64,000 nt of DNA from a virus: positions 32,001-96,000 of IMG/VR virus record IMGVR_UViG_3300042454_000021, one strand, 5' to 3'. A program made the position numbers and the translations under genes. How positions within the stretch are numbered: position 1 is the first letter of the stretch; every line of letters begins with the position of its first letter. Under the pieces are notes generated by a model, which did no database searches, was not told where the DNA came from, and saw nothing but the letters and a program-made list of their open reading frames with translations. Of this stretch, positions 38,255 to 48,613 are shown piece after piece.

Positions 38255-38283
38255 TGTCACAAATATACAACATATTTGTGACA
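38255..38283. promoter_or_regulatory. 12-bp perfect inverted repeat overlapping a TATATTTG -7 element upstream of rIIB
   Basis: TGTCACAAATAT-ACAAC-ATATTTGTGACA. Confidence 0.55.
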
Positions 38284-38325
38284 AATCTACGTGAAATTTT
38301 TGATATAACTAATTGATAATCAAGT

Positions 38326-40677
38326 TCATGCAGCCTCTTCTAGCTCGCTAACCTCTTTTTTTTCAACAAGACGATAGTTAGATAGATTCATTCGCATATT
38401 CTTGTAACGACACATGTCTTTCATGACATCTAATAAACCTTTATAATCAAAAGCATTTCCATAACTACCATGCATTTTGTTACATAACTTCTTCATGAAA
38501 GGATGTTTAGAAAAGAGTTTATCTGTACGATTGAGTTTAGTAAACATCTCTAAGTCATAAAGATTATGCTTAGAGGCATATTCATCAAGCTTAAGATCAG
38601 TATTAGTTTCTTTAGCCCATGTATGAATCATCTTCTCTTGATAATTATATAGATCATCAAGATCTTTCTTTAAACCTGAGTTAACTTCATCTAATACATT
38701 ACGAACATCAAACACTCTAGTGTATAATCCTTTAAACATGAAGATTAACTTAGCTGTCATCATTCTCTTGAATGGTTTGTTATGACCTTTTAAGAATGTA
38801 GCTAGAGGCATAAAGTTGTGAAGATTGTATATCTCTAACACTTTAATCTCTCTATCAGACATGATGACAAACTTTACCTCATTCTCTACTTTCTTAAACA
38901 TTCCAAATAGATGATCAAGAGATGAGCGCTCTTCTTCTTTAGCATAAACAGTGAGCATCTTTCTTTTATGAAGAGTTTTACCATCATACACTGTAGGAAC
39001 AAACTTAGCATTAGTTCCTGTCTCTCTTTCTGGAGCTGTTGCTTGCTTAACATTAACGTCACCCTTCTCCTTTATTCTACCATTCTTGGCAGCTTTAGGT
39101 TTAGGCTTGTGGTTCTTAGCTTTGTCAGCAACAATCCATGCTTCAGGAATATCAATAGTATCAAGATCTATAAAGTTATCTGTAACCTTCTTAATACAGG
39201 TTTGGAATTCAGTTATCACCTCTCTCCATTGTGACTTAGGATAGTTATATAACTTTAACAAGTCATGATAACAACGCATGTCTGGATTAGAATAATGAGT
39301 AGTTGTTGCCCAACCTTTATCTTTAGAAAACAATGTAAAAGGATGAGACTTCTTAAGAAACTTTGCAGACTTCTTAGCCCATAGTTCTTTGATGTAACGA
39401 CGTTTGCGATCACCAAATATTCCTGTGAATATAACAATCTTATCAGCTCTATGTAAAGATGTGAAAGTTACATCTGAATCCCATCTACTACGAGACTCAG
39501 ATATTCTAGCCCTGTAATTACTTAGCTCATATTTACATTCATATTCATTAAGCATATAGTCTCTTATTTTATAAAGACTTTCTGCTGTAAAATACTTACA
39601 TCCTATTAATGTAGGCGTACGTGCTGGTATTGTAGCATGCTTTAGTATTTCAGATATCTCCCACTTATCACCATTGTGATCTGTAATGTGTCTAAATCCA
39701 GTAGAGAAATGATCCACCACTGCACGTACGTCATCTGTATCAGCAATAGTTTCATTATACTTAGTCATGAACTCATTAGCCAGGGTTGTAATCTTACTCT
39801 TGATGAGTTGCTTAGCTTCCTGAGTGTATCTTAACGATTCTCTATTTGGCGTAGGAAACAATCCATCTGTAAGACTAAACCTTAATCCTATTCTAGAATG
39901 ATAAATTCTACTAATACCAAGCTTATCAAAGTCTAATGGATAATATACATTGTCTAGACATACGTGCATTTCATGATCAGGACATACGTCTGAGATTTGA
40001 TAGTGCTCACTTCTATAGATGTTGAATGTATTGCTCATATCAGGAACATCAAAATAAACATTCTCAAAATAAGCAAGCTGTTCCTTAATCTTCTTCTTGA
40101 ATTCATAGGCATCAGTCCACTTAACAGGAATGATAATCTTAACACCATTACCTTCAGAAGTTGCACTATCAGACAACAAGTCAATCGAGTTGACTTCTTC
40201 TCCTTCATACATCATATACTTACGCTCTCTTCCATCTTTACGTGCAATGAAATAGAAGCTAGAAGCATATGCAAGAGGGGCTTTGAAACCAAGGCCCATC
40301 ATACCAAGCTCTGTGGTAGAGTTACGCTTTGTGCTCTTACCATACTTGCTAATGATGTTCTCTACATCATCAGCATCTAAACCAATACCAAAATCCTCAA
40401 CAGAGAATTCATAGCTATTATTAGTAGACTTAAAGCTAACAATAATAGGATGATTGTCCTTACCTGCTCTACGATGAGAGTCTAGTGCATTACTAGCACA
40501 CTCTCTAACAGTTGAACCAATTGCGTCTGCATATAGGTTCTTACTTAACATCTGCATCAAAACCTGTGCACTGTCAAGATCTAACGACATACCAATAGTA
40601 CCTTGTGTACTACCAACTTCTTGTATTAACGATTGTGTTTGTTTTTCTAAGATCATATCTCTACTTTTTCTAGCCAA
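38326..40677 (-). CDS. rIIA-like protein with N-terminal GHKL ATPase domain
   Basis: LSKNLY, VRECASNALDS, EDFGIG, STKRNS, GMMGLGFK, TPNRESL. Confidence 0.88.
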   Translation of the reverse strand: MARKSRDMILEKQTQSLIQEVGSTQGTIGMSLDLDSAQVLMQMLSKNLYADAIGSTVRECASNALDSHRRAGKDNHPIIVSFKSTNNSYEFSVEDFGIGLDADDVENIISKYGKSTKRNSTTELGMMGLGFKAPLAYASSFYFIARKDGRERKYMMYEGEEVNSIDLLSDSATSEGNGVKIIIPVKWTDAYEFKKKIKEQLAYFENVYFDVPDMSNTFNIYRSEHYQISDVCPDHEMHVCLDNVYYPLDFDKLGISRIYHSRIGLRFSLTDGLFPTPNRESLRYTQEAKQLIKSKITTLANEFMTKYNETIADTDDVRAVVDHFSTGFRHITDHNGDKWEISEILKHATIPARTPTLIGCKYFTAESLYKIRDYMLNEYECKYELSNYRARISESRSRWDSDVTFTSLHRADKIVIFTGIFGDRKRRYIKELWAKKSAKFLKKSHPFTLFSKDKGWATTTHYSNPDMRCYHDLLKLYNYPKSQWREVITEFQTCIKKVTDNFIDLDTIDIPEAWIVADKAKNHKPKPKAAKNGRIKEKGDVNVKQATAPERETGTNAKFVPTVYDGKTLHKRKMLTVYAKEEERSSLDHLFGMFKKVENEVKFVIMSDREIKVLEIYNLHNFMPLATFLKGHNKPFKRMMTAKLIFMFKGLYTRVFDVRNVLDEVNSGLKKDLDDLYNYQEKMIHTWAKETNTDLKLDEYASKHNLYDLEMFTKLNRTDKLFSKHPFMKKLCNKMHGSYGNAFDYKGLLDVMKDMCRYKNMRMNLSNYRLVEKKEVSELEEAA

Positions 40678-41369
40678 TCAATTTTATACCCATTGGTTTC
40701 TTTGATTAGCGTGTTGATTTTTGTGAATACTCCTTCTGTGTCCCAATGACTATTCCTGTAAGAAGCTGATGCTGGATGACTCACCTCAAAATGAAATGTA
40801 AATGGTGAGACATATCTTTTAAGCTTACCTGCTTCTTTACCAAAGAACACTATTGGTATACCTGTAAATGAAAACACTTCCTCTAACAGATATTGCATAA
40901 ATGGTTCCCATATCTTTAGATGAGATCCTGCTTTATGAATTTCTGTAGTGAGAGCTGCGTTACATAATAACACTCCTTGCTTAGCTAGGAATGTTAAATC
41001 TGGGTTTCTATCTCTATCCATACGAAACCCACCATACACTTCTCTTTCTATGCCTTGATATAATTGAAACAAGCTTGGTTGTAACGAATTAGTTACAGAA
41101 CAACTCATCATCAATCCATCAGCCACTGGTTGTCCACTTACCATTGTGTGATAAGGACATAAACCTATGAGAATAACTTTAACATCTTGAAAGCGTGTTT
41201 CTTTAAAACATCTCCAAACATTCTGAGAGAGAGGAGCAATCATCTTGCCCCTCTTACTATCAGCTTTTAGTTGTTCGTAGATTTTATCACACGCCTCGCT
41301 CTCTATGAAAGGCTTCATCTTAGGATGCCAGCTTTCATGAAATAAATCTTTAAACTTTTCCCAATTCAT
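40653..41369 (-). CDS. ung: Family-1 uracil-DNA glycosylase-like protein with atypical active-site motif
   Basis: VKVILIGLCPYH, ADGL, QGVLLCNAALT, SHPAS. Confidence 0.85.
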   Translation of the reverse strand: MNWEKFKDLFHESWHPKMKPFIESEACDKIYEQLKADSKRGKMIAPLSQNVWRCFKETRFQDVKVILIGLCPYHTMVSGQPVADGLMMSCSVTNSLQPSLFQLYQGIEREVYGGFRMDRDRNPDLTFLAKQGVLLCNAALTTEIHKAGSHLKIWEPFMQYLLEEVFSFTGIPIVFFGKEAGKLKRYVSPFTFHFEVSHPASASYRNSHWDTEGVFTKINTLIKETNGYKIDWLEKVEI

Positions 41370-42154
41370 TATAATGATAGTTCTAATTGTCTATATTCTA
41401 CTTGTGGTACACTGATGATAGCTGGTCTCTGACTAGCTACTAGTTCACCTTGAGCGTTTACAAAGAAATCATGAGCACTCATATGATCACTCATCCATGT
41501 TGCTGGATGTAGTTCTTTCATTGAATGCGTTGTGTGTTGATACAAATCCCACAGTGTGCCTTCTACACCATAATCATAAGAAGGTTTAACTATCTCCTTA
41601 CGAATGATGTTAAGCTGCATTGTGCTAATGATTTGTTCTTCTACCACCATACGTCCTAATAGCTCACCTTGCTGACGCTTAGTAAGTTCTACTTGTTTCA
41701 TCATCTCACGTTGAATCTGAATCTCTCTAAAAGCATCACCTGCGCTCTTGATGTATTCAGTGATGGCTGATGGTGTAAACTCTTGAATAGAGCCCTTATG
41801 AGCTTTCTTGAATGTACCCATGTCACCAGACACTACACCATTAGAACATATCATGATGTTTACACCAATAGCAAACTTCAAACTAACCTGACGATTATAA
41901 CTGTTCTGCCATCCAATCTGGATTTGCATCTCACTATCCATAATATTAGATAGTGTAAACTTACCTGTGGCCACTTGGCCATCAGCTGCAAGCGTATATG
42001 CTTCCTTACCTAATGTAAAGCCTGCACCATCAATAGCTGCTAGTGTAAGATCAATTAATTGTGCATTGCTTACAGGTTTGTAAGTTGCTGTTTGTGCTGG
42101 CACTGGTACATCTGTTACTAAGTGCTTCAAGCTTGTGTAATCTGTTCTTTTCAT
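41369..42154 (-). CDS. DUF932-family protein
   Basis: YKPVSN, NSYN..VSLKF, CSNG, TLWDLYQ. Confidence 0.7.
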   Translation of the reverse strand: MKRTDYTSLKHLVTDVPVPAQTATYKPVSNAQLIDLTLAAIDGAGFTLGKEAYTLAADGQVATGKFTLSNIMDSEMQIQIGWQNSYNRQVSLKFAIGVNIMICSNGVVSGDMGTFKKAHKGSIQEFTPSAITEYIKSAGDAFREIQIQREMMKQVELTKRQQGELLGRMVVEEQIISTMQLNIIRKEIVKPSYDYGVEGTLWDLYQHTTHSMKELHPATWMSDHMSAHDFFVNAQGELVASQRPAIISVPQVEYRQLELSL

Positions 42155-42333
42155 GATTGTGATATCTTAAGTTTAAATCCAAAAAATCTGTTTAATATTC
42201 CTTCTAGGTTTTCTATACCTATACATTCTATAGAGTCTCCTTCTGTAGTCTCTAACCATTCTGTCTCTTGTTGTATCTCATACACAAGATCTTCTACAGC
42301 TGCTGCTAATTCTTCTACGTCTTCTACGTTCAT
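42151..42333 (-). CDS. Small acidic hypothetical protein
   Basis: Overlapping start and stop in operon. Confidence 0.55.
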   Translation of the reverse strand: MNVEDVEELAAAVEDLVYEIQQETEWLETTEGDSIECIGIENLEGILNRFFGFKLKISQS

Positions 42334-43343
42334 AGTAGTTGTTTTTCTTTTAGATAATTTTCGATTGTTTGCATACCATGGACTCTTGCTAGATCAGCCC
42401 AATCCTTAATGCCCTCAGATAAATACTTCCTAGGTACATTACAATAATCAAAGTCAAATATCTTGGTGATCTGTTGTGAATTCTCTACGCCTGTTACGTC
42501 GCTATCAAAACTAAGAATCTGACTAGCAGAATTACTCTTGATATATTCAACGTTCTCAGGAGAGAAACAACCTAGTCCCTCGTTCTGTACAGCACAGCTA
42601 CATGGAAAGAGTTTCTTCATCACCATATAATCCTTCTTTGATTTGTTGATAAATGCTACATCGCATTGTTTGATGTCATCTTTACCATCCATCGCAGTTA
42701 TGGGTACATTGTTTGGTACCCATTTACTCTTCTTATCCTTAGCGTGTGGACGATATATCTTCCATTTATCATCATACAAATAACCAAACCTTAGCTCACT
42801 AAGAGGAGCTGGGAATAGTTGTTTGTTAAGATAAACCTTAGATATACTATAAACATTATTTGCTTTCAGGTCATCAAGACTTTGATGATACTGATTCCAA
42901 TAGGCCAATTCATCATTAGTGAATGCTTTTACAACCACTTGAATGTTAGAATATGCTTTGACAGCACGTACTGGTTGGATGTATTGTGAGACAATACGTT
43001 TGTATTGTTCTGTATTGGTTTCTCTGGAGAATCCTAGTCCAAAGTCTCTATCAATTAGTGCTAAGACTTCTTTTAAATCTTTAAGATTAAAAGACATTTT
43101 AACAAAATCAAAACAAGAACCTCTCTTACTAGTATCTGCAAAATCAATAAACGTTAATCTTCCTTGCTTATTTCCAATCATGAATGATGGATTACGCTCG
43201 TTTCTAAATGGAGAAAACGTCACAACATTTGGCTCCCAATCAGTATTGGGCATATAATATTTAAATATGTCATACTCTGTTATCTTCTCGAGTATCTTTT
43301 CTGGCGTAAGGAAAGAAGGTTTTAATCTTCCTGTTATTCCCAT
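42330..43343 (-). CDS. DNA primase (crAss-type DnaG/TOPRIM)
   Basis: SPFRNERNPSF, KIYRP, KSKKD, SFDSDVTG, IKDWAD. Confidence 0.8.
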   Translation of the reverse strand: MGITGRLKPSFLTPEKILEKITEYDIFKYYMPNTDWEPNVVTFSPFRNERNPSFMIGNKQGRLTFIDFADTSKRGSCFDFVKMSFNLKDLKEVLALIDRDFGLGFSRETNTEQYKRIVSQYIQPVRAVKAYSNIQVVVKAFTNDELAYWNQYHQSLDDLKANNVYSISKVYLNKQLFPAPLSELRFGYLYDDKWKIYRPHAKDKKSKWVPNNVPITAMDGKDDIKQCDVAFINKSKKDYMVMKKLFPCSCAVQNEGLGCFSPENVEYIKSNSASQILSFDSDVTGVENSQQITKIFDFDYCNVPRKYLSEGIKDWADLARVHGMQTIENYLKEKQLL

Positions 43344-43366
43344 TTAATTTGTTTAGTTTAGAAAAG

Positions 43367-43395
43367 AAAGCCCAATCTAAGATAGACTGGGCTTT
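43367..43395 (-). terminator. Intrinsic terminator or hairpin
   Basis: AAAGCCCA...TGGGCTTT followed by T-rich sequence on the - strand. Confidence 0.6.
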
Positions 43396-43423
43396 ACTAT
43401 AAAAATTATGTATAAAATGAATC

Positions 43424-44281
43424 TTAATAATCTGCATCATCAGTTGCAATCACTTTGTCTGACTCTACTAAATTTGAATCAGGGTCATAATCATGTAACT
43501 CTTTGAATGTATAATAGTCTTTACAACCATACTCACCTGTTACATTAACAACGAAACGCTCATGCATCTTTAACTCAGCAGACTTTCTGAATGCTAGTCC
43601 ACGCACTACATCAGGATTGTTGTAATCAATCAAACGCATGCTTCTAATAGAATAGCCTGGAAAGAATGATTTAACAAAGATGTTTTGAAATGATTTAGGA
43701 CCATCTCCTTTATCACTAGTTTTAACTGTAGCTAATGCACCAACAGTTTGTGTAAACTCACCATCAATTTGATCTTTCAAATCAGATAGATTATTTTTCA
43801 TAACCTTATCCCAATTCAAGAATATCTCAGTTTCTGGATCAGAAAAGTCAAGACCACCTAACCATATACGTACAAATCCTAAAAATTCTTCCTCACCTAT
43901 ATGTGCTACGCGTTTATCACGCTTAACAAACCAACTAGGAAGAGTTTCTTCACTACTAGCCCAGCTACACACACCAATGTTATTGATGTATTGTTTCTTT
44001 GTGCCATCCTTATTAACTTTCTCACCATGTTCTAACCAGAACGTAGCATTGGTTTTAAAGTCACTGTTTACATCTTGTAACCATACATTAACGCGTAACT
44101 TCTTTGCAACGTCATCATAATAATTAGTTGCCTTACTGTCCTCTTTCAAATCAATCCCTAAGATTTCTTTGTACTCTTGTGCAGTTGGATTGATAGCGAT
44201 TACTTTCGCTTCAAATATACCAACCTTCTTTACAAAATCTCCACCTTGTGGGATTTCTCTCTTTGATCCACCTATTGCCAT
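43424..44281 (-). CDS. Putative single-stranded DNA-binding protein
   Basis: KVIAINPT motif; acidic C-terminal tail ending in an aromatic residue (DDADY); lies between the ATPase and primase genes. Confidence 0.5.
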   Translation of the reverse strand: MAIGGSKREIPQGGDFVKKVGIFEAKVIAINPTAQEYKEILGIDLKEDSKATNYYDDVAKKLRVNVWLQDVNSDFKTNATFWLEHGEKVNKDGTKKQYINNIGVCSWASSEETLPSWFVKRDKRVAHIGEEEFLGFVRIWLGGLDFSDPETEIFLNWDKVMKNNLSDLKDQIDGEFTQTVGALATVKTSDKGDGPKSFQNIFVKSFFPGYSIRSMRLIDYNNPDVVRGLAFRKSAELKMHERFVVNVTGEYGCKDYYTFKELHDYDPDSNLVESDKVIATDDADY

Positions 44282-44289
44282 GTTTCTAG

Positions 44290-44961
44290 TTATTTATAAT
44301 ATTCGTCAATTGTATCTGCAACTTGTTGTAAATTATTAGGAATCTTGATGTCTGCAAACATACCATCAGGAGTCTTGGCAGGGAACTTTCTAAACCTATT
44401 GGTTACAAAGTTATACGTACAAGTGCCATCTTTGTTCTCTTCTACATAAGTGTAGAGACACATAGTTAATAGGCCCTCTAATAAGATTTGATTGTCAATC
44501 AGCTTGCCTGCTGTCTTGATTTTGTATCCTATAATCTCTCCACCTTCTTCAATAGTTTCTGGGTGAGTGAAATAGAACACTTTCAAATCGTCACGTAGTT
44601 TACGAGCTTCTTGAAACAAGGCCACCATATCTCTAGCCATGATGCTAAATTTAGTGAACCCAACTTCTGTTGCTCGTGACACAATGTTAAAACCCATGAT
44701 GTAGTTTGAATCCTCAATCACGATGTTCTTAATGTGTGGTGCTTTCTGAGAAATGTTTTGTAACAATCGAGTGATCTCAACTGCGTCATCAACTTCTCTG
44801 TAGTTCTTCTTCTCTGCATTATACAAAGATTCAGAACCTTTAAAAGGTAATTCCTTTTTCGCTACATTGATAATGTAGGTTTCTTCTGGATTTAGGTGCT
44901 TAATCGATGTCGATTTGCCAGTTCCAGTGGATCCAACGATCCCAATCAGTTTACTTGCCAT
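44290..44961 (-). CDS. AAA_24/Sak4-like ATPase
   Basis: GSTGTGKST, IVIED, KTAGKLID, AKTP.GMF. Confidence 0.85.
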   Translation of the reverse strand: MASKLIGIVGSTGTGKSTSIKHLNPEETYIINVAKKELPFKGSESLYNAEKKNYREVDDAVEITRLLQNISQKAPHIKNIVIEDSNYIMGFNIVSRATEVGFTKFSIMARDMVALFQEARKLRDDLKVFYFTHPETIEEGGEIIGYKIKTAGKLIDNQILLEGLLTMCLYTYVEENKDGTCTYNFVTNRFRKFPAKTPDGMFADIKIPNNLQQVADTIDEYYK

Positions 44962-44998
44962 GTTTAATTTATTTAGTTAATTTACTTACTCTAAGTTA

Positions 44999-46090
44999 CT
45001 AAATTCCAGGAACATTAACAACTTTAATCTTGTCTTTGTCAAAGAATTCTAGTGCCTTATTCAACCACTTTTCCTCTACTGCTTCATTGGTGGAAATGAT
45101 ATAAATCTGTGCTTTCTTGTCTGGATTATTGTATTCCATAGCCATGCACCTATTCACCTTTTGAGCTAGATTCTCAGCGTTACTGTCAAAGTAATTCAAG
45201 ATCACTTTGTTTAAAGGTTTGTATGTAACACCTGTATTACCAATCTTTACAACAGCCATGTGGCTTCCTTCTCCTTCTGCAAACCTTTTGAAGCCCTCTT
45301 TGTCAGGCGATTTGCTATGGTGTGAAGGTATACCTAAACTATCTGCAGCATCAGTAGTACCACAAAATACAAGTATGCGCTCATTGCTATACTTGTTTAA
45401 TATTGCCTTAGTCATGTTTAACTTAGCAATACTTCCTTGGACGATTCTCATTCTCTTTAGGCGTAACATCATTGTGTCTTTACCTTGAGAGCTGAGCTGT
45501 TCAATCACCCAACTACACGCGTCAAAATGTTTCTTCTCTGTCCTGGCTTTACCCTTAACAGTTGTAACAATTTTATTATCCAAAGGTACTTTAATCACTG
45601 TGATTTGATAATCAACAATAACGCCTTCTTGGATAGCTTGTTCAATAGGATAGTGTGCCAATACAGGAAGATCTAATCTCATGTCAAGCTCAGACTCTGT
45701 TGAGGTTGATAGAGTGCCTGTCAGTCCTAGCACTTGATGATTAAGTAATGTTAAATCTTGTAAAGCATCAATCTGTGCATCACTTAACAAATGTATCTCA
45801 TCAATGATCACCACATCATACTCATTGTTTACATGTTTATGTAAAGATAGGTGTGTTGTATAGGTGATGTTTGAATTGTTGTATCCACGTTCTTTGAAAT
45901 CCTCCTCCCAAGAATCCTTGATCTTAACATCAGGATAGGCGATTAGTATAGATATATCATCATTCATCTTTTCCAAGATGTTAATTGTTGTATATATCTT
46001 ACCAAATCTTGGACACAGATTTAGGATACCCCATTTCTTATCAAGCCATATCTGTGCAAACTCTTGTTGCCTTTGATCTCTTAAACTCAT
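44999..46090 (-). CDS. Superfamily 2 helicase
   Basis: PRFGK, IIDEIH, LGLTGT, QKVNR. Confidence 0.85.
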   Translation of the reverse strand: MSLRDQRQQEFAQIWLDKKWGILNLCPRFGKIYTTINILEKMNDDISILIAYPDVKIKDSWEEDFKERGYNNSNITYTTHLSLHKHVNNEYDVVIIDEIHLLSDAQIDALQDLTLLNHQVLGLTGTLSTSTESELDMRLDLPVLAHYPIEQAIQEGVIVDYQITVIKVPLDNKIVTTVKGKARTEKKHFDACSWVIEQLSSQGKDTMMLRLKRMRIVQGSIAKLNMTKAILNKYSNERILVFCGTTDAADSLGIPSHHSKSPDKEGFKRFAEGEGSHMAVVKIGNTGVTYKPLNKVILNYFDSNAENLAQKVNRCMAMEYNNPDKKAQIYIISTNEAVEEKWLNKALEFFDKDKIKVVNVPGI

Positions 46091-47157
46091 GGTTCTAAAA
46101 AGAATGTTTTATTTACTATTGATTGATAATCATACTCTGATATATTCTTAACTCTTGGTAGTTCTTTGAACATACCCACTTGACCTAGGAAACCTAGACC
46201 AATACGAATATCATCTTCACCATAACTATTTTTGATTAGTCTTAGTGAACGATAATACTTACCACCAAATTCATCTTTAAGCCTATCAAGATCATAACCA
46301 CTAGGGTCTGTAACTTTATAACGCATAGGATCAAATAGTGCTAACACAACATCAGCATCGTCCTGTGTAGATGAGCTGTCCTTGAAATCTTCTAGCTGTG
46401 GTTCTACGTCACCATTCTTAATCCTCATAGGATTAGCAATGTCACGATTGAACTGACTTACAACTATTGGTGAATATCCATACATGTCACGAGCATATCT
46501 CAGCTCTTCAGACATCTTATCGATGGCTGCCTTCTTTGTATTATAATCCTTGGTAACTTTTAATAGACCAATGTGATCGATAACAACCAGGGTCACTGTG
46601 TTATCTTCATCAGGAATATAAACTCTGTTATACTTATCGATTTCTTCTATTCTACCATTAGCTTCAGCATGATCTTTCAAATGCTTAGCTACGCCTATTG
46701 GATTATCTGGACCATCAATGATTGTAATGATTTCTGACATGCTGCCAATATAATCTCTCTGTGCTAGAAATAAATCATGCTCATCATGCGTCATCTTCTC
46801 CTTCTGCCAACCCAATAGTTTACTAACAGGAATGATTATACCAGAATCTAAGAATATCTTCCTAGCTACCCATTTAGCCATCTTGTATGTCTTACTACGC
46901 TCCATGGATCTATATATAATCTTTAGCTTGATATCAGAGTTCTGACCATACTTAGATATATACCAATCAAATGGATTAAGGACATATGCATCATCTATAA
47001 AAGATGTCTTACCAGAACCTGTTAGACCACCCACAAGAGTATATATAGACTTCCTGATACCAATGTATCTGTTAAGTCTATCAAACCCCATAGGTATACC
47101 ACTGTTCTTACCATCAATACCATCTTGTACTGCCTTGGCTAAATCTTGAAATATCAT
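46087..47157 (-). CDS. DnaB-like replicative helicase
   Basis: GLTGSGKT, SME, VIDHIGL, SQFNR, QDADVV, KN.YG. Confidence 0.9.
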   Translation of the reverse strand: MIFQDLAKAVQDGIDGKNSGIPMGFDRLNRYIGIRKSIYTLVGGLTGSGKTSFIDDAYVLNPFDWYISKYGQNSDIKLKIIYRSMERSKTYKMAKWVARKIFLDSGIIIPVSKLLGWQKEKMTHDEHDLFLAQRDYIGSMSEIITIIDGPDNPIGVAKHLKDHAEANGRIEEIDKYNRVYIPDEDNTVTLVVIDHIGLLKVTKDYNTKKAAIDKMSEELRYARDMYGYSPIVVSQFNRDIANPMRIKNGDVEPQLEDFKDSSSTQDDADVVLALFDPMRYKVTDPSGYDLDRLKDEFGGKYYRSLRLIKNSYGEDDIRIGLGFLGQVGMFKELPRVKNISEYDYQSIVNKTFFLEP

Positions 47158-47363
47158 AGTTTCTCTATTTCTTGTTTAACTTCTTGCCAATATATTTTTT
47201 CTAATTCATAATCGTAACTTCCAATTATAACATTTAATATTTCATCTACTGCAATTAATGCACATTGTTTAGCAAATTGTTGTCTACTTTCAACATGATG
47301 TGGATGAGTAGATGTATTGTAGAAATTATTATAGAGTTCTATTGCTTTTTCTTTTGGTGTCAT
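47154..47363 (-). CDS. Hypothetical protein (MTPKEKA family)
   Basis: AKQCALIAVDEI...YWQEVKQEIEKL. Confidence 0.65.
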   Translation of the reverse strand: MTPKEKAIELYNNFYNTSTHPHHVESRQQFAKQCALIAVDEILNVIIGSYDYELEKIYWQEVKQEIEKL

Positions 47364-47986
47364 ATATCTGTTGTTCCTACTGGTTTGGGTTTTTCTTCAA
47401 TTGTGATTCCTTGCTTAACAAGCTCGATGAATGGTTCAAAGCTTCTCTGTGTTAGATATGTAAGACTATTCTGCATGTATTTAAGTTTATTCTCTCCTGA
47501 TTTGTATGAGTTCTCTTTCTTTTGAAGAACATCAAACTCAACAGCAGCGACTAAATCATCTGCAGTGTATTCTCCTTCTGACAAAATGGCATTGAATTTA
47601 AGCCTACAGTTCTCTACATCTCTACGTAAAGATCTAGAGCCTGAGAAGCTTTTATCTTTATGCTTGAATGTATCAGTTCCTGGGAATGCTTTCCACCATC
47701 TTTGAAAATCTTCAGTGGCAGGCTTCTTCTTGATAATCTTATCTTTAGGAGCTTCCTCTTTAAGAAACTTAAGAACATTCTTACCTGTTAGTGTGATTTT
47801 GTTATCTCCTGATATCAGTCCTTTACGATAAATACCTTGAGCAAGGATCTCCAGTTTAGGATCTCCATTACATGCGTCTTTTAGATCATGGCCCTCCTCC
47901 ACTAGTTTGAGGAGAAAGACCATGTCTAATGTAAAACCATTCTTGAGTAGCTCTTTAAAATGATAGAGCGTCAATTTTACGTTCAT
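47360..47986 (-). CDS. Putative replication initiator or helicase-loader-like protein
   Basis: N-terminal winged-helix-like region; FQRWWKAFP...YMQNSLTYLTQ; adjacent to DnaB. Confidence 0.45.
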   Translation of the reverse strand: MNVKLTLYHFKELLKNGFTLDMVFLLKLVEEGHDLKDACNGDPKLEILAQGIYRKGLISGDNKITLTGKNVLKFLKEEAPKDKIIKKKPATEDFQRWWKAFPGTDTFKHKDKSFSGSRSLRRDVENCRLKFNAILSEGEYTADDLVAAVEFDVLQKKENSYKSGENKLKYMQNSLTYLTQRSFEPFIELVKQGITIEEKPKPVGTTDI

Positions 47987-48221
47987 AATTTCTAATTATT
48001 CTGTGATCTATTTTAGCAATTAAACTTTGAGGAATGCACACATTAATCTTAGCCCTCTCTTGTAGAGATTCTAGATCTTTTAAATGAACTTTATCGCTCA
48101 TAAAAGCTTCAATTTGAGCGATACCTGGGTCATTTAGTGAGCGATAAAATAGCTCCTTCTCCTCTTGCAAATATACTAAATCTTTCTGAGCTTCACGCTC
48201 GTAGTCTTCTATATGTATCAT
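47955..48221 (-). CDS. Hypothetical protein
   Basis: In operon. Confidence 0.55.
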   Translation of the reverse strand: MIHIEDYEREAQKDLVYLQEEKELFYRSLNDPGIAQIEAFMSDKVHLKDLESLQERAKINVCIPQSLIAKIDHRIIRNYERKIDALSF

Positions 48222-48225
48222 AATT

Positions 48226-48414
48226 TTACATTGAATTTGTGTTTAAACCATATATTATTCTAGGCTTGGGCTTTTTAATAACTTTACGTTTAGGCTTAGG
48301 TTTATTCATCTCAGCCATCATTTCTTCTTTTGTTATATAACCCTTTTCAACAGCCAATTTTAATGCTTGTCCTTTAGTAGGATAAGGATTATCAATGATT
48401 TTTTTCTTACTCAT
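48226..48414 (-). CDS. Small basic hypothetical protein
   Basis: Likely start at MSKKK. Confidence 0.5.
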   Translation of the reverse strand: MSKKKIIDNPYPTKGQALKLAVEKGYITKEEMMAEMNKPKPKRKVIKKPKPRIIYGLNTNSM

Positions 48415-48613
48415 TATCATTATAGTTCTCATACTCTCTAAACTTTGGGTCCAAGGTACGTCCTTCGTTATCCCAATAACTTTCACATTTATCCCCCTTA
48501 CGAGGTGATTCAGCAAAGACAGATTGTCTAAACTGATTCCATGGTGCTGTGTGCCTGTAGCACTTAAATTTCACAGGACATTCCATGTCCCTACACATTG
48601 CTATATCAGCCAT
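48407..48613 (-). CDS. Small Cys-rich hypothetical protein
   Basis: MADIAMC...CP....CYR...Q......P....C. Confidence 0.6.
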   Translation of the reverse strand: MADIAMCRDMECPVKFKCYRHTAPWNQFRQSVFAESPRKGDKCESYWDNEGRTLDPKFREYENYNDNE

